A DNA stretch of 64,000 bases from Mustelus asterias (GCF_964213995.1 NC_135823.1:44082001-44146000), one strand, 5' to 3'. Positions 1 through 13,942 are shown, counted from the stretch's first letter. Numbers and translations are program-made. The notes: generated by a model from the letters alone, not told the origin.

Positions 1-1013
1 GAACCAAAATCTGTGGAGTGATGAGCTCCAGGTTGGTAACATTCACCGAATACTGGAACCAGTCGCTGAGGAGATAATAATTGTCAGATAATAAGAAGAA
101 GGAAGCCTCAGTTACGAACCACCCTGCAACTTAGCTCAGCAATTATAACGTGGAGCATCCTGCAGCCTTGACATCATTGTGTGTATCGTCTATGAGTATC
201 AACTTCACTAATAAATCTAAGTGGAGCAGTAAATTTTTTTTCCCATAGTGTGGCCAGAGATTCCATAAGCTTCACCCCCTCCTGGAGGTGCAGCTTAGCC
301 TCCAGCTGCTTCCACATGGCCCATGCAGCGCGCTCTCCCGAGAATGGTCACCACGTGACTACCACCCGAGTGTGCCAGAAATAACTGAATTGACACTCTC
401 CTGACATCACTCAGCCCCACTGGCTAATGTGCCACCAGACTTCCGACTTTGGCCCACACAGCTCCACTGAACCAATTTGTGCATCATTCTGCAATGAACA
501 AGCATCGAGGTGAAAGGTGTGCCTTTCACCAGCTCTATGTAAAGGCTCAGACTCCCAGGTAATTCTGAAGAACTTCTGCATTTGCAAAGTCTGAAGTGTT
601 TTGGGGGCTGCTTGTGGTGAGACCAGGGCTGCCTCCTCGCAGGGGTGGAAGGGGAGTAGGTGACCTGCTCACATAAAGTAATGGAGGCTGCCCTTCCGTT
701 TCCCATGTTTTAAATTGCAGCAAAATGGGTCAGTGCAACCTCTCTTTAAGATGGACAGAGGGACAAGCTACCTTTAAGAGCTCCACGTGCTGTTAACACA
801 AACCCCGCATTGCCCAGAGGTAGCCAGAAGTCCGATGGATGCTGGACTCTACACCACAATTATGATAATGAGGTGGCAGCAGCAAATTTACATGCTGGCC
901 ACTTCCAACAAACGAGGCACGGGAACCCAGTGAGTCCTGAACCTCACAGTGAAAAAAAACAGGAGATGCCCATTGTCAATCCTGGCAGAGAAACAACTAT
1001 TACTTACAATTGT

Positions 1014-1976
1014 GGGGAGAGGGCGGCACGGTAGCACAGTGGTTAGCACTGCTGCTTCACAGCTCCAGGGTCCCGGGTTCGATTCCCGGCTCGGGTCACT
1101 GTCTGTGTGGAGTTTGCACATTCTCCTTGTGTCTGCGTGGGTTTCCTCCGGGTGCTCCGGTTTCCTCCCACAGTCCAAAGATGTGCAGGTTAGGTTGATT
1201 GGCCAGGTTAAAAATTGCCCCTTAGAGTTCTGAGATGCGTAGGTTAGCGGGATTAGCGGGTAAATATGTGGGGGTAGGGCCTGGGTGGGATTGTGGTCGG
1301 TGCAGACTCGATGGGCCGAATGGCCTCCTTCTGCACTGTAGGGTTTCTATGATTTCTATGATTCTCCCGAAAAAGTTCTATGTGTCGAATTCACGTGAAA
1401 ACTGGAGTAAATCACACTTTTTTTCAGCTGAAGTTTAAATTTGAATCTCCCACACTCTGTGCACTGCTGAGTGCACTAGTGTGATTCACTTTAAAAATCA
1501 GTGGGCTCTACACCACAATTCGCTGGAGAGGCCTCACCGCTGGAGAGGTCGGCAGCATAGCGCTGAGCGGGCCACTGCGCACGTGCCGATCTGTCAGGGC
1601 TGAGATCAGCGTGTGCGTAGTGGCCCCCATACTGCCAGCCTCCCAACCGCTGACCAGCTCAATCGCTGGCCAGTCCCATGACCCCCGCATCGCCAGTCGT
1701 GCAACGCCCCCCGCACCCTGCCCAAAGATGCTAGCGGGCCCAGAGATTTCAGACCCGGGCCCACTAATGGCATTGAAATTATATTATAACTAGGCGCTGC
1801 ATACATTATGCAGCTCTGTGCTGATTTCCAGTGCGGAGCTGACGACGGCAGAAGTCCAGCGTCGGGGGCGCACTCAGGCCCGGACATCCAGCACAAATCG
1901 TGTGAATCGGCTGCCATTAGAGGTTCCTGGCCCACTGCGCTAAAATATCAGCGCAGCAGGATGGGAGAATCTCCCC
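1014..1976. mobile_element. Non-autonomous TIR DNA element (MITE, possibly PIF/Harbinger-derived), left TIR split by a SINE
   Basis: Removing the SINE at 1021-1360 restores GGGGAGATTCTCCC, the reverse complement of GGGAGAATCTCCCC at 1963-1976. No clear TSD. Confidence 0.55.
1021..1360 (+). mobile_element. HE1-type V-SINE, CR1-type tail
   Basis: tRNA-like head (GGCACGGTAGCACAGTGG A box, GGTTCGATTCC B box), V-domain TGTCTGTGTGGAGTTTGCAC..., tail ...GATGGGCCGAATGGCCTCCTTCTGCACTGTAGGG(TTCTATGA)n. Confidence 0.9.
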
Positions 1977-2989
1977 CAGGATGTTTTGTTGTTTGCTGAC
2001 AAATGAGATAGTAAATAAGTATTATTCACAATTTATTTATACTGGAATGAATATAACCTGTGCATAAATGGGATGTGGATGTATGTAACCTGAATGACAT
2101 GGATAAGCTAAGTCAATCAAGCTTGTTCTCCACCTCTGTTTAGCAGAGCTGCATTTTGTTAGATTAATTTTCCAGCTGTTTCCTGGAGAAACTAATTTCA
2201 TATCAAAACCTCTGCAGTTTGAAGAGATCTTTGGGGGCAGTTACAGATGATTCAACTTTATCTAGAAATGAGTGCGATATTCCCTCTGCTACTGAAAAAT
2301 GAATTTGTTCTCCTGCGCTATCTTTGCAAGGTTCAATTCATGTTCATTGTAACTCATTAAATTTAATTATGTACACTCTTACTGAATCACACATCAATTT
2401 ATCTCCATGATTATGAATAATGTTCTCACTCTATATGGTCTCTAGACGTAACATGTGGAATACTCCGCTTCAAGCATTCTTTTGAGAAATATACATCTCA
2501 GTCTCATTTCAGATTAAAACTCTGAGTGAAGAGTATTTCTTTAAACCCAGGATAGGTAGTTGTTTTCCTAATAGGGGCAACAAGAGCAGCTTCTCTGCTT
2601 TTGAAGATTAGGTACCAGAAATATAGGTGGAGAAGTCCCGTGGGAATTCTCCCGCTCATTTCTAATAACTTCAGCAGAAACCCGGGGAAAAGAGGATCCA
2701 GAGACCTTGCTTGTTCCTGTGACTCAAGTGGACACCAAAGATTCAGGGCACTTTGTGAAGAGTGCATTGAACTCCCTCAGTTAAAATTATCGAAAATAAT
2801 CAACTGACCATTCCTTTCATGTCAATGGGATGTTATTTATATACGGTAGCTGCTGCATTGACCTGCCTAACACTGCCCTTTGAAAGTAATTCACCCTATG
2901 TAAAAAAGAAATTCAGTTGTAAAATGCATTATAGCATGTAATATGATCCTAGAAAGCCTAACACTCCTTCGGTCAGATTAATATTTGTG

Positions 2990-3244
2990 TGTAACCTCCA
3001 GGACTTGCATGGGGAATCACTGATTGACCTCTCTGTAGGGCACGTTAAATACAAGCTCCCTGATGGACCTGACCAGGTGGAGCTTGCAAATTGAACCCTT
3101 TATAAAGCAGACCCCTGAGTGGGTCCATCATTCCGTCGACCCAGTTGGGATCTGTTGTGTTCACCACAGGTTTTTGGTTTTGCTTTGCTTTATTTTGTGC
3201 AATAAAGCACCGTTCCTTTACAGCTGACTCCTGGAGTTATTATA
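2990..3244 (+). mobile_element. Probable solo LTR (~255 bp)
   Basis: Starts TGTAAC and has a TATAAA then an AATAAA in LTR-like order. The 3' terminus is degenerate and no TSD was found. Confidence 0.4.
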
Positions 3245-3749
3245 GTCTGAAACCTTGTGATAGAATGTCTACTCTATGTCCACTCCCTGTTAGAGTTGAG
3301 AGAGCGATAGGGGAAACTTGGAGTAAGATATTGTACCGAAAAGCAATGCTTAGTTCCAAATTATTATTCAGCTCGTTGAAGGCTGAAACTAAATTAAATC
3401 ACTGTGCTGTAACTTTTACCTGCTGGTCCTGGAATTGCAATAAACTCTGTGGGATTATCAGCAATAACCATCTAAAATAACATGTAAATGACACACCCTA
3501 ATTCCCTACAGTAGGGCTTTAATTACATTTTTTAAAAATCATTTCGTTATGCAACATTTCAATATTTACTCTGGTCAACTGGAATTTCCAACGGTGTGCA
3601 GGGTTTTTTGGCAGGAAGATAAGTTGCAAACATGAAGAAATTGCATAAAGAGCTGATATCACTGATACTCCACCAATCTTCTCCGAAATGTAAGGCCTTT
3701 CTTCTTGAAGCATTTAAGTTGTCCATGAATGGCTAACCCCAATAGATGG

Positions 3750-4322
3750 GAGCCAGTGGCATAGTGGTATTGTCACTGGACTGGTAATCCAAAAACCTAG
3801 GGTAATGCTTTCATGACCTGGGTTCGTATCCCACCACGGAAGGAGAGATGAAGGCCTGGTGGCATTATTGCTAGACTGTTAATCCAGAAACTCAACTAAA
3901 GTTCTGGGGAACTGAGTTCTAATCACGCCACAGCAGATGGTGGAATTTGACTTCAATAAAAATAAATATGGAATTAAGAATCCAGTGATGACCATGAAAC
4001 ACTCGTCAATTGTCAGAAAAAGCCATTTGGTTCACTAATGTCCTTTACTGAAGGAAACCTGTCGCCCTTTAGTGAAGGAAATCTGCTGCCCTTACTTGGT
4101 CTGGCCTACATGCGACTCCAGAGCCACAGCAATGAGATTGACTTTCAACTGCCCTCCAAGGGCAACTAGGGATGGGCAATAAATGCTGGCCATCCAGCGA
4201 TGCCCATGTCCCACAAATGAATAAAAAAGAGATGGTGGAATTTGAATTTGATAAAAATCTAAAATTAAAAGTCTGATGATGACCATTGTTGATTGTAAAA
4301 GTCCATTTGGTTCACTAACCCA
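3750..4322 (+). mobile_element. Two nested copies of a second tRNA-derived SINE family
   Basis: Outer copy interrupted at GAGATG by an inner copy (~3852-4228) ending TGAATAAAAAA. Same family as 8784-9184. Confidence 0.7.
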
Positions 4323-6298
4323 ACGAATATGAAAACAATTCCCCATTCAACAACAGTCCCACACTTCACCTTCCCACTGTTAGTGAAGATCTTGGCCATA
4401 AGGCTGAAATAACAACTGCCACAATGTTCCATTCATAAATCCCCTAGACTTCCATGTGCCTTTGCAGTGCTATCCCAATGGCTAGAGCATGACTGGTGGA
4501 AAGCTGCTGACTTTCAATGGAGTAGATGGAGGATGGCCTTGCAGAACAATCCCATGCAGCTCTCGCCCGAGAAGAGTTGACATCTTAATGTAGGCAGCTG
4601 CAGCAGTCTAGGTTCACTGGCTAGCCAGCAATAGCGTGGGCACTGGCAAAGTGGCAATGGTTGGAGAATGAATGCTGAGAGAGTAGATTTCTGCTCCACA
4701 AAGCCACTGCCATTTCCCTGGGGTGATGGTTCAACAATCCTGGTAAACTGTGGGGGGGTGAGTTTGCCAGACCTTGAAAGCCCTTTTGGGCACTATTATT
4801 GACAGACATGATGGCAGCAGTCTGAGCTTGAATGACGACACGCTGTCTAGGGGCTTCTGCTTGTGCTGCAGTGGTAAAGGTGACACCAGCCATTAGACAG
4901 GGATCATGAATGAGTCCACAGTGTATTAATGGAGTTGGCCATCTTTTCCACACTGGAGATGGTGGGCTCCAAGCTCAGTGCAAAGTTGGTGCTGAGTTCT
5001 TCCATGCTCCTTGACAATGGTCACTGGCTTTCTGACAGACTAGCCAACGCACCAAGCATTTCGATGTGGATATCCATCAGCCTTTTACAGTAACCCGCCA
5101 AAAGCCCTCAGCTGAGTCCTCTGCAACAGAACTTGTATATGTCCTCATCCTCCAGCGGGCTGATGCTTGTGCCCCCTTGCCCTATCCTGTCCGTGATTGC
5201 AGGCCATTCATGCCCAGCGTCTCACCATGTGGAGATCCCATCACTAAGTTACCCTCTGAAGTGGACATAATAACTTCTTCAACAATAGATTCTTACATTT
5301 CTCTACAACAGATGTTAAGCTAACTGGCCTGTAGTTTCCCACTTTCTGCCTCCCTCCCTTTTTGAATAACATTTGCTTTTTTCCAATCTAATGGGACCTT
5401 TCCCAAATCTAATGAGTTTTGGAAAATTAAAGCCAATGTATCAACAATCTCACTGGACACTTCCTTTAAGACCTTCTGGAATATAGTGAAAACTGATGAA
5501 ATTCAATTCACCTGCCATCTCCTTGTTTTCCATTACGGGCAAGGAGAACCCTTCCACCCATGTTCCAAAAGACAAAGGGCGCTATCTTACCTGCCGTTCA
5601 CGCCAATTGCTACTGCAGCGAGGTCAGAGAATTTGGTGGCCAGCCAAACCTCCGTTCACTGTGGTGGGATGGGAAAATCCCACCGGCATGAACAGTGGTC
5701 AGATTCTGGCCAACATCGCTGCAAAGAGCCTCCAGCAGGGGGAGCTGAATGCTTACTCTGTGATAAGCCCAGACATTTTAAACAATTCTGCGGACTAAGC
5801 ACACAATGCGATGTTATGCAATGACTGATACTTTTTTAAAAAATCCCCGCTATTCTGTTAGCCAGCTCTGTAATAAACTGTGATTCATTTACAAGTCTGC
5901 ACCTCTCTCTAACTTCATCTGTTAGGACGCCTTTGTTTTTAAAGCTTGCACCACTGCTGCAGTCTGCACATTCCCTGAGACTCAAATAGATCTGTCCAAT
6001 TAGCATCTCTATCCTTACTTATTTGGCAATGAGCTAGTGTTTGATTGTCAATGCTATTGGCTAACAATACACCAATGAGGAATGATTGAGTGCCCCTGTG
6101 CATTGCTTGCTGACTGGGAATATCAGTTCCCAGAACTAAGGCGCCCAAAAGGTTGGTGGGTTTATTTCAGTTGACTTCGAAACAACTAAACTCAGATGGT
6201 GTAAGCTCTTGATCATTTCAATTTGCTGAAACGTTCTTTAATTTGGTAAGGAAAAGGATTTCTAGTTCTTCTTGTGTCTGTCTGCTGCATAGCATTAT

Positions 6299-6646
6299 CA
6301 TAGAATCACAGAAACCCTACAGTGCAGAAAGAGGCCATTTGGCCCATCGAGTCTGCACCGACCACAATCCCACCCAGGCCCTACCCCCATATCCCTACAT
6401 ATTTTACCCACTAATCCCTCTAACCCACGCATCTCAGGACTCTAAGGGGCAATTTTTAGCATGGCCAATCAACCTAACCCGCACACCTTTGGGCTGTGGG
6501 AGGAAACCGGAGCACCCGGAGGAAACCCACGCAGACACGAGGAGATTGTGCAATCTCCACACAGACAGTGACCCAAGTCGGGAATCGAACCCAGGTCCCT
6601 GGAGCTGTGAAGCAGCAGTGCTAACCATTGTGCTACCGTGCCGCCC
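6299..6646 (-). mobile_element. HE1-type V-SINE, CR1-type tail
   Basis: Full-length reverse-complement match to 1021-1360. Confidence 0.9.
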
Positions 6647-6853
6647 GGTACCAATTATCTTGGTTATTCACTACAGTAGCAATGACCGCACCCCCCACAC
6701 CCCTCCCCCCCTCAGAATAATGTAAATTACAAGTGCCCAACTTACCTGCACATGTTTGAATCTGAAGCTATTCCATGGAATCGTACTTTAAATTGATCTG
6801 AACATATATCACATTTTGTACAGTACATTGTGACTTCTATTAGTGACGATGTA

Positions 6854-7173
6854 CATCATTTATTTATCAGCCATCTTCAACCAATTGTTCCAACTTTAAC
6901 AAGTTAGGTCAAGTTCAATAAATGAGACATTGAACAAATGACTTTCCAATAGTTCAGTGAACAATGTCCATCTGTACACAGTACAACGTACTGGACACGT
7001 CTGTCTATAAGACATTTCAATTATTTAACTTACAGACATTCTAATGATAATTTAGATGGACATTGTTCACTGAACTATTGGAAAGTCATTTGTTCAATGT
7101 CTCATTTATTGAACTTTACCTACCTTGCTAAAGTTGGAACAATTGGTTGAAGATGGCTGATAAATAAATGATG
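6854..7173. repeat. Long inverted repeat: 120-bp arms, 80-bp spacer
   Basis: 6854-6973 is the reverse complement of 7054-7173 with 3 mismatches counted by eye. Confidence 0.95.
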
Positions 7174-7509
7174 ACACCGAGGTATAATGCTGGTGTGTCA
7201 TCATTATCTCAAATTTGCAGTGTGCAGAAAAAGAGAGCAGCATTGTGTCTGTTTAAATAGGATTTTAGCAACAGTTGGGGTTTTGGTCAGGGGATATGGA
7301 TATGAAAGCCTTCACTCGCTATTCCCACCCCCCCAAAAAAAAACACTGCTTAGAATCAATAGTTCGGCACCTCACTCTTAGAAAGCAGCCCAACTTCTCA
7401 ATTTTTGATACAAAACCCTGACTCCCACTAAAATTCTTGCAGTCCCCAATTTTTACAAAACCTTTGGCTGGAAAAGAAGCATGTAGTTGATCAACTGAAG
7501 CTTATATTA

Positions 7510-7827
7510 TAGAATCACAGAATCCTACAGTGCAGAAGGAGGCTATTCGGCCCATCGAGTCTACGCCAACCACAATCCCACCCAGGCCCTATCTCCCATA
7601 ACCCCATGCATTTACCCTAGCTAATCCCCCTGACACTAAGGGGCAATTTAGCATGGCCAATCCACCTAACTCGCACATCTTTGGAGGAAACTGGAACATC
7701 CAGAGGAAACCCACGCAGATACGGGGAGAACGTGCAAACTCCACACAGACAGTGACCCAAGCTGGGAATTGAACCCAGGCCCCTGGCACTTTGAGGTAGC
7801 AGTGCTAACCACTGTGCCACCATGCCG
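7510..7827 (-). mobile_element. HE1-type V-SINE, CR1-type tail
   Basis: Head, V-domain and tail as in other copies. Confidence 0.88.
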
Positions 7828-8783
7828 AATATTGCAGAGCACTGTTGAGCAGTTTATCCCAATTTTCATCCCTGCTTTTAAGAGAATAGTGAGTACCACC
7901 GGATGAGCTCCACAGACCCCAGCAATCTTCATTTTTGCATGTGAAGAGTTTCGACATCCGTATACACTATTCAAACATCAGGAGAAGCTTCAAGGCCAAG
8001 CATAATCCTATCCTCACAGAAATGTTCACACGCATGCATTTTCCCACAGAGGTTAATAATAATTGGAAAGATTCTGCCGCTCTCAGCAGGTCATGGGGGT
8101 GCTAAAAGAATATAATAGAGTGAGGCTGAAAAGTATCAGGCTGTAAGCTTCAGCTTTATATTGAGCTCACCTGTGTATAGTTTCTATGTCAGTTTGACAT
8201 TCTATTAGTGACTTGTGAAGTGTTATGTACAAAACAGCATTATTTATTTGATTCAGTCTGCCGCGCTTACTTGCAAACAAGCAGAACCTTATTTTTTATA
8301 ATGCAGTTTTAATTCAGCATAATATGCCTGAGTGGTCTACAGCATGACATGGAACTGCTATTGTAACCAAGTAATCAACTTTTTTTTGTGTCATTGTTAC
8401 ATTCAATGATGAATCCAAAGTTAGTAGGTTTTTTTTTCTATTAGGAGAAGAGGATGAAGAATGCTGCTCTGAATAATAGAAACTCTAGTGGCAATAACAA
8501 CTTTCATTACAGTAACAAACTGAGAATGAGGTGCTGAGAGGATGTTTCCTCTTATGGGAGAGACGAGAAGGCAGGGTTTAAAAATGAGGGGTCTCCAATT
8601 TCAGATGGAGATTAGAAGGTTTTGTTTCCCCTCAGAAGATTGTTAGTTTATGGGATTCTCTTCTGCAGACAGCGATGGAGGTCAGGTCGCTGAATATTTT
8701 TAAGGCCAAGTTAGGATGGATCCTTGATTGACAAGGGACTCAAAGGGTAGATAGCAAAGTAAAGAGAGGTGAGGCCAGATCAG

Positions 8784-9184
8784 GGGGGTGCGATGGCCGA
8801 GTGACATTATCGCTCGACTATTAATCCAGAAACTCAGCTAATGTTCTGGGGACCCGGGTTGGAATCCCGCCACGGCAGTCGGTGGAATTTGAAATCGATA
8901 AAAAATACCTGGAATTAAGAATCTACTGGTGACCATGAAACCATTGTTGATTGTTGGAAAAACCCATCTGGTTCACTAATGTCTTTTAGGAAAGGAAATC
9001 TGCCGTCCTTACCTGGTCCTTACCTGGTCTGGCCTACATGTGACTCCAGAGGCACAGCAATGTGGTTGACTCTCAACTGCTCTCTAAAATGACTTAACAA
9101 GCCTCTCGATTGAAGGGCAACGAGGGATGGCTGATAAATGCTGGCCAGACAGTGACACCCATGTCCCACGAATGAATAAAAAAA
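8784..9184 (+). mobile_element. tRNA-derived SINE (second family) inserted in an old CR1 3' fragment (~8520-9245)
   Basis: B-box-like GGGTTGGAATCCC, body CATCTGGTTCACTAATGTC, tail GGGCAA..GGGATGG..ATAAATGCTGGCC..GAATGAATAAAAAA. Confidence 0.7.
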
Positions 9185-9654
9185 GTATGATCTTATCAAA
9201 CGGTGGAGCAGGCTTGACAGGCTGAAGGCCTACTCCTGATCATTCGTATTCCAAACCAGTAGTTGAAATTTTAAAATCTCAAACTAAAAAGCTGGTGTTA
9301 TTAAAAATTGAGTCTATTGGCAGTTATTGGATTTATCATAACTGGTTCACTGATTATGTTCAGGGAAGAAAACCTGCAGTTCTGAGCCTGTCTCACACCG
9401 TATGTGAGTTCAATCCCATATTAATATGTTTTATGCTCAACTGCCCTCTGAGGCGGCCTAACAAGGAACCCAAACTTTCACACACAGGCCATGCACAAGT
9501 TGACCTCTTTCAGTTATGACACATGCACAGCCCTGCAAAACAATATTCAGGCCCGCACATTTAAACAAATCACTCATACACCACCCAAAATAAATGAATG
9601 AGGACATTGCTAGCAAGCCACCCAGTTTCATCAAATCAGGGTGAGTAGGAATGG

Positions 9655-10075
9655 AAAATAGAATCATATAGTGCAGAAGAAGCCCTTCAGCCCATCAAGT
9701 CTGCACCAACACATTGGAAACACCTGAACTAATCTCATCTGCCAGCACTTGGCTCACAGCCTTGAATGTTATGATGTGGCAAGTGCTCATCCACATACTT
9801 CTTAAAGGATGTGAGGCAACCCGCCACCGCCATCCTCCCAGGCAGCGCATTCCAGACCGTCACCACCCTCTGGGTAAAAATGTTTTTCCTCACATCCCCC
9901 AAACCTCCTGCCCCCTCACCTTGAGCCTATGTCCCCTTGTGACTGACCCTTCAACTAAGGGAAACAGCTGCTCCCTATCCACTCTGTCCATGTCTCTCAT
10001 AATCTTATACACCTTGATCAGGTCGCCCCTCAGTCTTCGCTGCTCCAACGAAAACAGCCCAAGCCTATGCAACCT
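9655..10075 (-). mobile_element. CR1 LINE 3' fragment
   Basis: Encodes LGLFSLEQRRLRGDLIKVYKIM, typical of the CR1 ORF2 C-terminus. Confidence 0.85.
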
Positions 10076-10781
10076 AAAATACCTGCCAGTCTTGTTAATA
10101 CCGTCAAGGATCTGAAGATCAAACTTTTTAAAAAGGTGCCCTGTCTTCAATAATGCATTTACTGGGTCATTTTGGAATTCCAGGTCCAGATGAGCAATGT
10201 CTCTCATGACTTCCTTGTTGCATTGGAACAAGATACTGTCATGCACATCATCTACCAACTCTGACTCTAAACTTTTTGGATGTTCCACATTTAGTTTAGG
10301 CTGATTGATGCCTCTCAATGAAAGAAATCTTCTTATTCTCACATTCTCTTATTACCTCTTCATAAAGCAAATTGTATTGCTGTGGCAGACCCCAAATGTC
10401 ATATGGATTTCTTATCATTTGAGATGCCTAGCTAAAGTAATTCATTTTATATCTATCTGCCTCCAACATGAGCAATTTATTTTACATCCCATGTGTCTCT
10501 GACACAAATGGCAATGCCATTTCCTTTCTGCCTTCTCTGCCTATTCTAAACATGCTGCATTTATTTCAATCCCCTGAATTTAGTCGTGTTTAACTATCAC
10601 TGATAATGATTCTCCTTCTTCAGTTACGGTATCTCTCTCCTTCAAGCCTACCATCATCTCTCCTCTCCTTAAAAGGAGGAACCCTGAGCTCTCCACCATT
10701 GGCTGTACCTTCAGCTGGCAAAGGCCCTAAACTCTGGAATTCCCGCCCTAATCCTCTCCGTCTCTCTATCTCTCTTTCCTC

Positions 10782-13371
10782 AAAAGAACAAAGAACAAAG
10801 AAAATTATAGCACAAGAACAGGCCCTTCGGCCCTCCAAGCCTGCATCGACCATGCTGCCCAACTTAACTAAAACCCCCTACCCTTCCGGGGACCATAGCT
10901 CTCCATTCCCATCCTATTCATGTACTTGTCAAGACAACCCTTAAAAGTCACTACCGTATCCACTTCCACTACCTCCCCCAGCAACGAGTTCCAGGCACCC
11001 ACTACTCTCTGTGTAAAAAATCTGCCTCGTACATCTCCTTTAAACCTTGCCCCTCGCACCTTAAACCTATGCCCCCTAGTAATTGACTCTTCCACCCTGG
11101 GAAAAAGCTTCTGACTATCCACTCTGTCCATGCCTCTCATAATCTTGTAGACTTCTATCAGGTCTCCCCTCAACCTCCGTCGCTCCAGTGAGAACAAACC
11201 AAGAACAAACCTCTCCTCATAGCTAATGCCCTCCATACCAGGCAACATCCTGGTAAATATTTTCTGTACCCTCTCCAAAGCCTCCACATCCTTCTGGTAG
11301 TGTGACAACCAGAATTGAACACTATATTCCAAGTGCGGCCTAACTATGGTTCTATAAAGCTGCAACATGACTTGCCAATTTTTAAACTCAATACCCCGGC
11401 CGATGAAGGCAAGCATGCCATATGTCTTCTTGACTACCTTCTCCACCTGCATTGCCACTTTCAGTGACCTGTTTACCTGTACACCCAGATTCCTTTACCT
11501 ATCAATACTCTTAAGGCTTCTGCCATTTACTGTATATTTCCAATCTGTATTAGACCTTCCAAAATGCATTACCTCACATTTGTCCAGAGATTAAACTCCA
11601 TCTGCCATCTCTCCGCCCAAGTCTCCAACTGATCTATATCCTGCTGGATCCTCTGATGGTCCTCATCGCTATCCACAAATCCACCAACCTTTGTGTCATC
11701 CGCAAACTTACTAATCAATCCAGTTACATTTTCTTCCAAATCATTTATATATATTATAAACAGCAAAGGTCCCAGCACGGATCCCTGAGGAACACCACTT
11801 GTCACAGCCCTCCATTCAGAAACGCATCTTTCCACTGCTACCCTCTGTCTTCTTTGACCGAGCCAATTTTGTATCCACCTTGCCAGCTCACCTCTGATCC
11901 CATGAGAGGCCTTATCAAAGGCCTTACTGAAATCCATGTAGACAACATCCACTGCCTACCCTCATCAATCATCTTCGTCACTTTCTCGAAAACCTTGATC
12001 AAGTTCGTGAGACACGACTTCCCCTTCACAAAACCATGTTGCCTCTCACTAATATGTCCACTTATTTCCAAGTAGGAATAAATCCTATCTCGAAGAATCC
12101 TCTCCAATAATTTTCCTACCATTGACGTAAGGCTCACCGGCCTGTAATTACCTGGATTATTCTTGCTACCCTTCTTAAACAAAGGAACAACATTGGCTAT
12201 TCTCCAATCCTCTGGGACCTCCCCTGTAGCCAGCGAAGATACGAAGATTTCTCTCAAGACCCCAGCAATTTCCTCCTCAATATTCTGGGGTATATCCCAT
12301 CAGGCCCTGGGGACTTGTCTACCTTAATGTTTCTCAAGATGCCAATACCTCCTCCTTTTTGATCTCAACATGACTCAAACTATCTGCACATCCTTTCCCA
12401 GACTCATCATCCACCAAGTCCTTCTCTTTGGTGAATACTGAAGCAAAGTACTCATTTAATACCTCGCCCATTTCCTCTAGCTCCATGCATAGATTCCCTC
12501 CCTTGTCTGTGAGTGGGCCAACCCTCTCCCTGGCTACCCTCTTGCTCTTTATATATGTATAAAAAGCCTTGGGATTCTCCTTAATCCTGCTGGCCAATGC
12601 TTTTTCATGACCCCTTTTAGCCCTTCTTACTACTTGCTTAAGTTTCTTTCTACTTTCCTTGTATTCCACACTTGCTTCATGTGTTCCCAGCCTCCTAGCT
12701 TTGACAAATGCTTCCTTTTCCTCTTCGAGTAGTCTCGCAATATCTCTCATTATCCAAGGTTCCCAAAACTTGCCATACTTATCCTTCATCCTTACAGGAA
12801 TGTGCCGGTCCTGAATCCCTATCAACTTACACTTGAAAGCCTCCCACATGCCAGATGTTGATTTGCCCTCAAACATCTGCCCCCAATCTACATTCTTCAG
12901 TTCCTGCCTAATATTGTTATAATTAGCCTTCCCTCAATTTAGCACCTTAACTTGAGGACTACACTTATCTTTATCCGTCAGTACCTTAAAGCTTACTAAA
13001 TTGTGGTCACTGTTCCCGAACTGCTCCCCTACTGAAACATCGACCACCTGGCCGGGCTCATTCCCCAATACCAGGTCCAGTATGGCCCCTTCCCTAGTTG
13101 GACTATCTACATACTGTTTCAGGAAGCCCTCCTGGATGCTCCTTACAAACGCTGCCCCATCCACACTCCTGGCACTAAGTGAGTTCCAGTCAATATAGGG
13201 GAAATTAAAATCTCCCACAACAACCCTGTTACTTTTACACCTTGCCAAAATCTGCCTACATATCTGTTCCTCAATCTCCCACTGGCAGTTGGGTGGCCTA
13301 TAGTAAATCCCCAACATTGTGATTACACCTTTCCTATTCCTGAGCTCTACCCATATTGCCTCGCTGTATGA
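10782..13371 (-). mobile_element. 5'-truncated CR1 LINE (APE endonuclease + RT, frameshifted), nested in an L2-like 3' fragment (~10690-10781 and 13372-13530)
   Basis: Successive ORF pieces with GDFN, LDLVL, SDH (endonuclease); NYRPVSLTS, DFSKAFD, GVPQGSVLGP, FADD (RT); RPHLEY and RRLRGDLIEVYK; (TTCTTTG)n tail. Confidence 0.95.
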
Positions 13372-13609
13372 TCCTCCTTTAACATATACCTCTTTGGCCA
13401 AATCTATGGTCATCTACCCTAATGTCACCTTAAATGTCAAAATTTGTTGTTTTTTCTAACACCCCTGTGAAGTACTTTGGGATGCTTTATTCTGTTGAAG
13501 GTGCTATATCATTACAAATTGTTGTTGTTGTTTCTGATCTTCCTATCATATTGTAGTTCCCTACAAAACTAAAACAAAACAATGAAGTTGGCGTCATCTG
13601 TGCCAATCT

Positions 13610-13921
13610 TTATTTTTTATTTATTTTATTATTGTCACAAGTAGGCTTATATTAACACTGCAATGAAGTTACTGTGAAAATCCCCTAGTCGCCATCCTCC
13701 GACGCTTGATCGGGTACACTGAGGAAGAATTTAGCATGGCCAATGCACCTAACCAGCATGTCTTTTGGACTGTGGGAGGAACCCAGAGCACCCAGAGGAA
13801 ACCCACGCAGACACGGGGAGAACGTGCAGACTCCACACAGACAGAGACCCTAGCCCGTAATCTAACCCGGGTCCCTAGCGCTGTGAGGCAGCAGTGCTAA
13901 CCACTGTGCCACCGTGTCACC
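13610..13921 (-). mobile_element. HE1-type V-SINE, alternative tail
   Basis: Same head and V-domain; tail ...TTTTCACAGTAACTTCATTGCAGTGTTAAT..AAGCCTACTTGTGAC..AATAA. Confidence 0.85.
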
Positions 13922-13942
13922 GATGTATTGGAAATTAACATT

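Noticed and set aside
1021-1095. tRNA gene
   Set aside because: The A and B boxes belong to SINE heads that continue into the V-domain; no standalone tRNA was seen.
888-1438. Recurrent ORFs such as MDCGRKPEHPEETHADT and GGTVAQWLALL across the window
   Set aside because: Translations of V-SINE copies, not genes.
9890-10342. 150-aa minus-strand ORF
   Set aside because: The C-terminal part is CR1 ORF2; the N-terminal part has no motif or splice support that I recognise.
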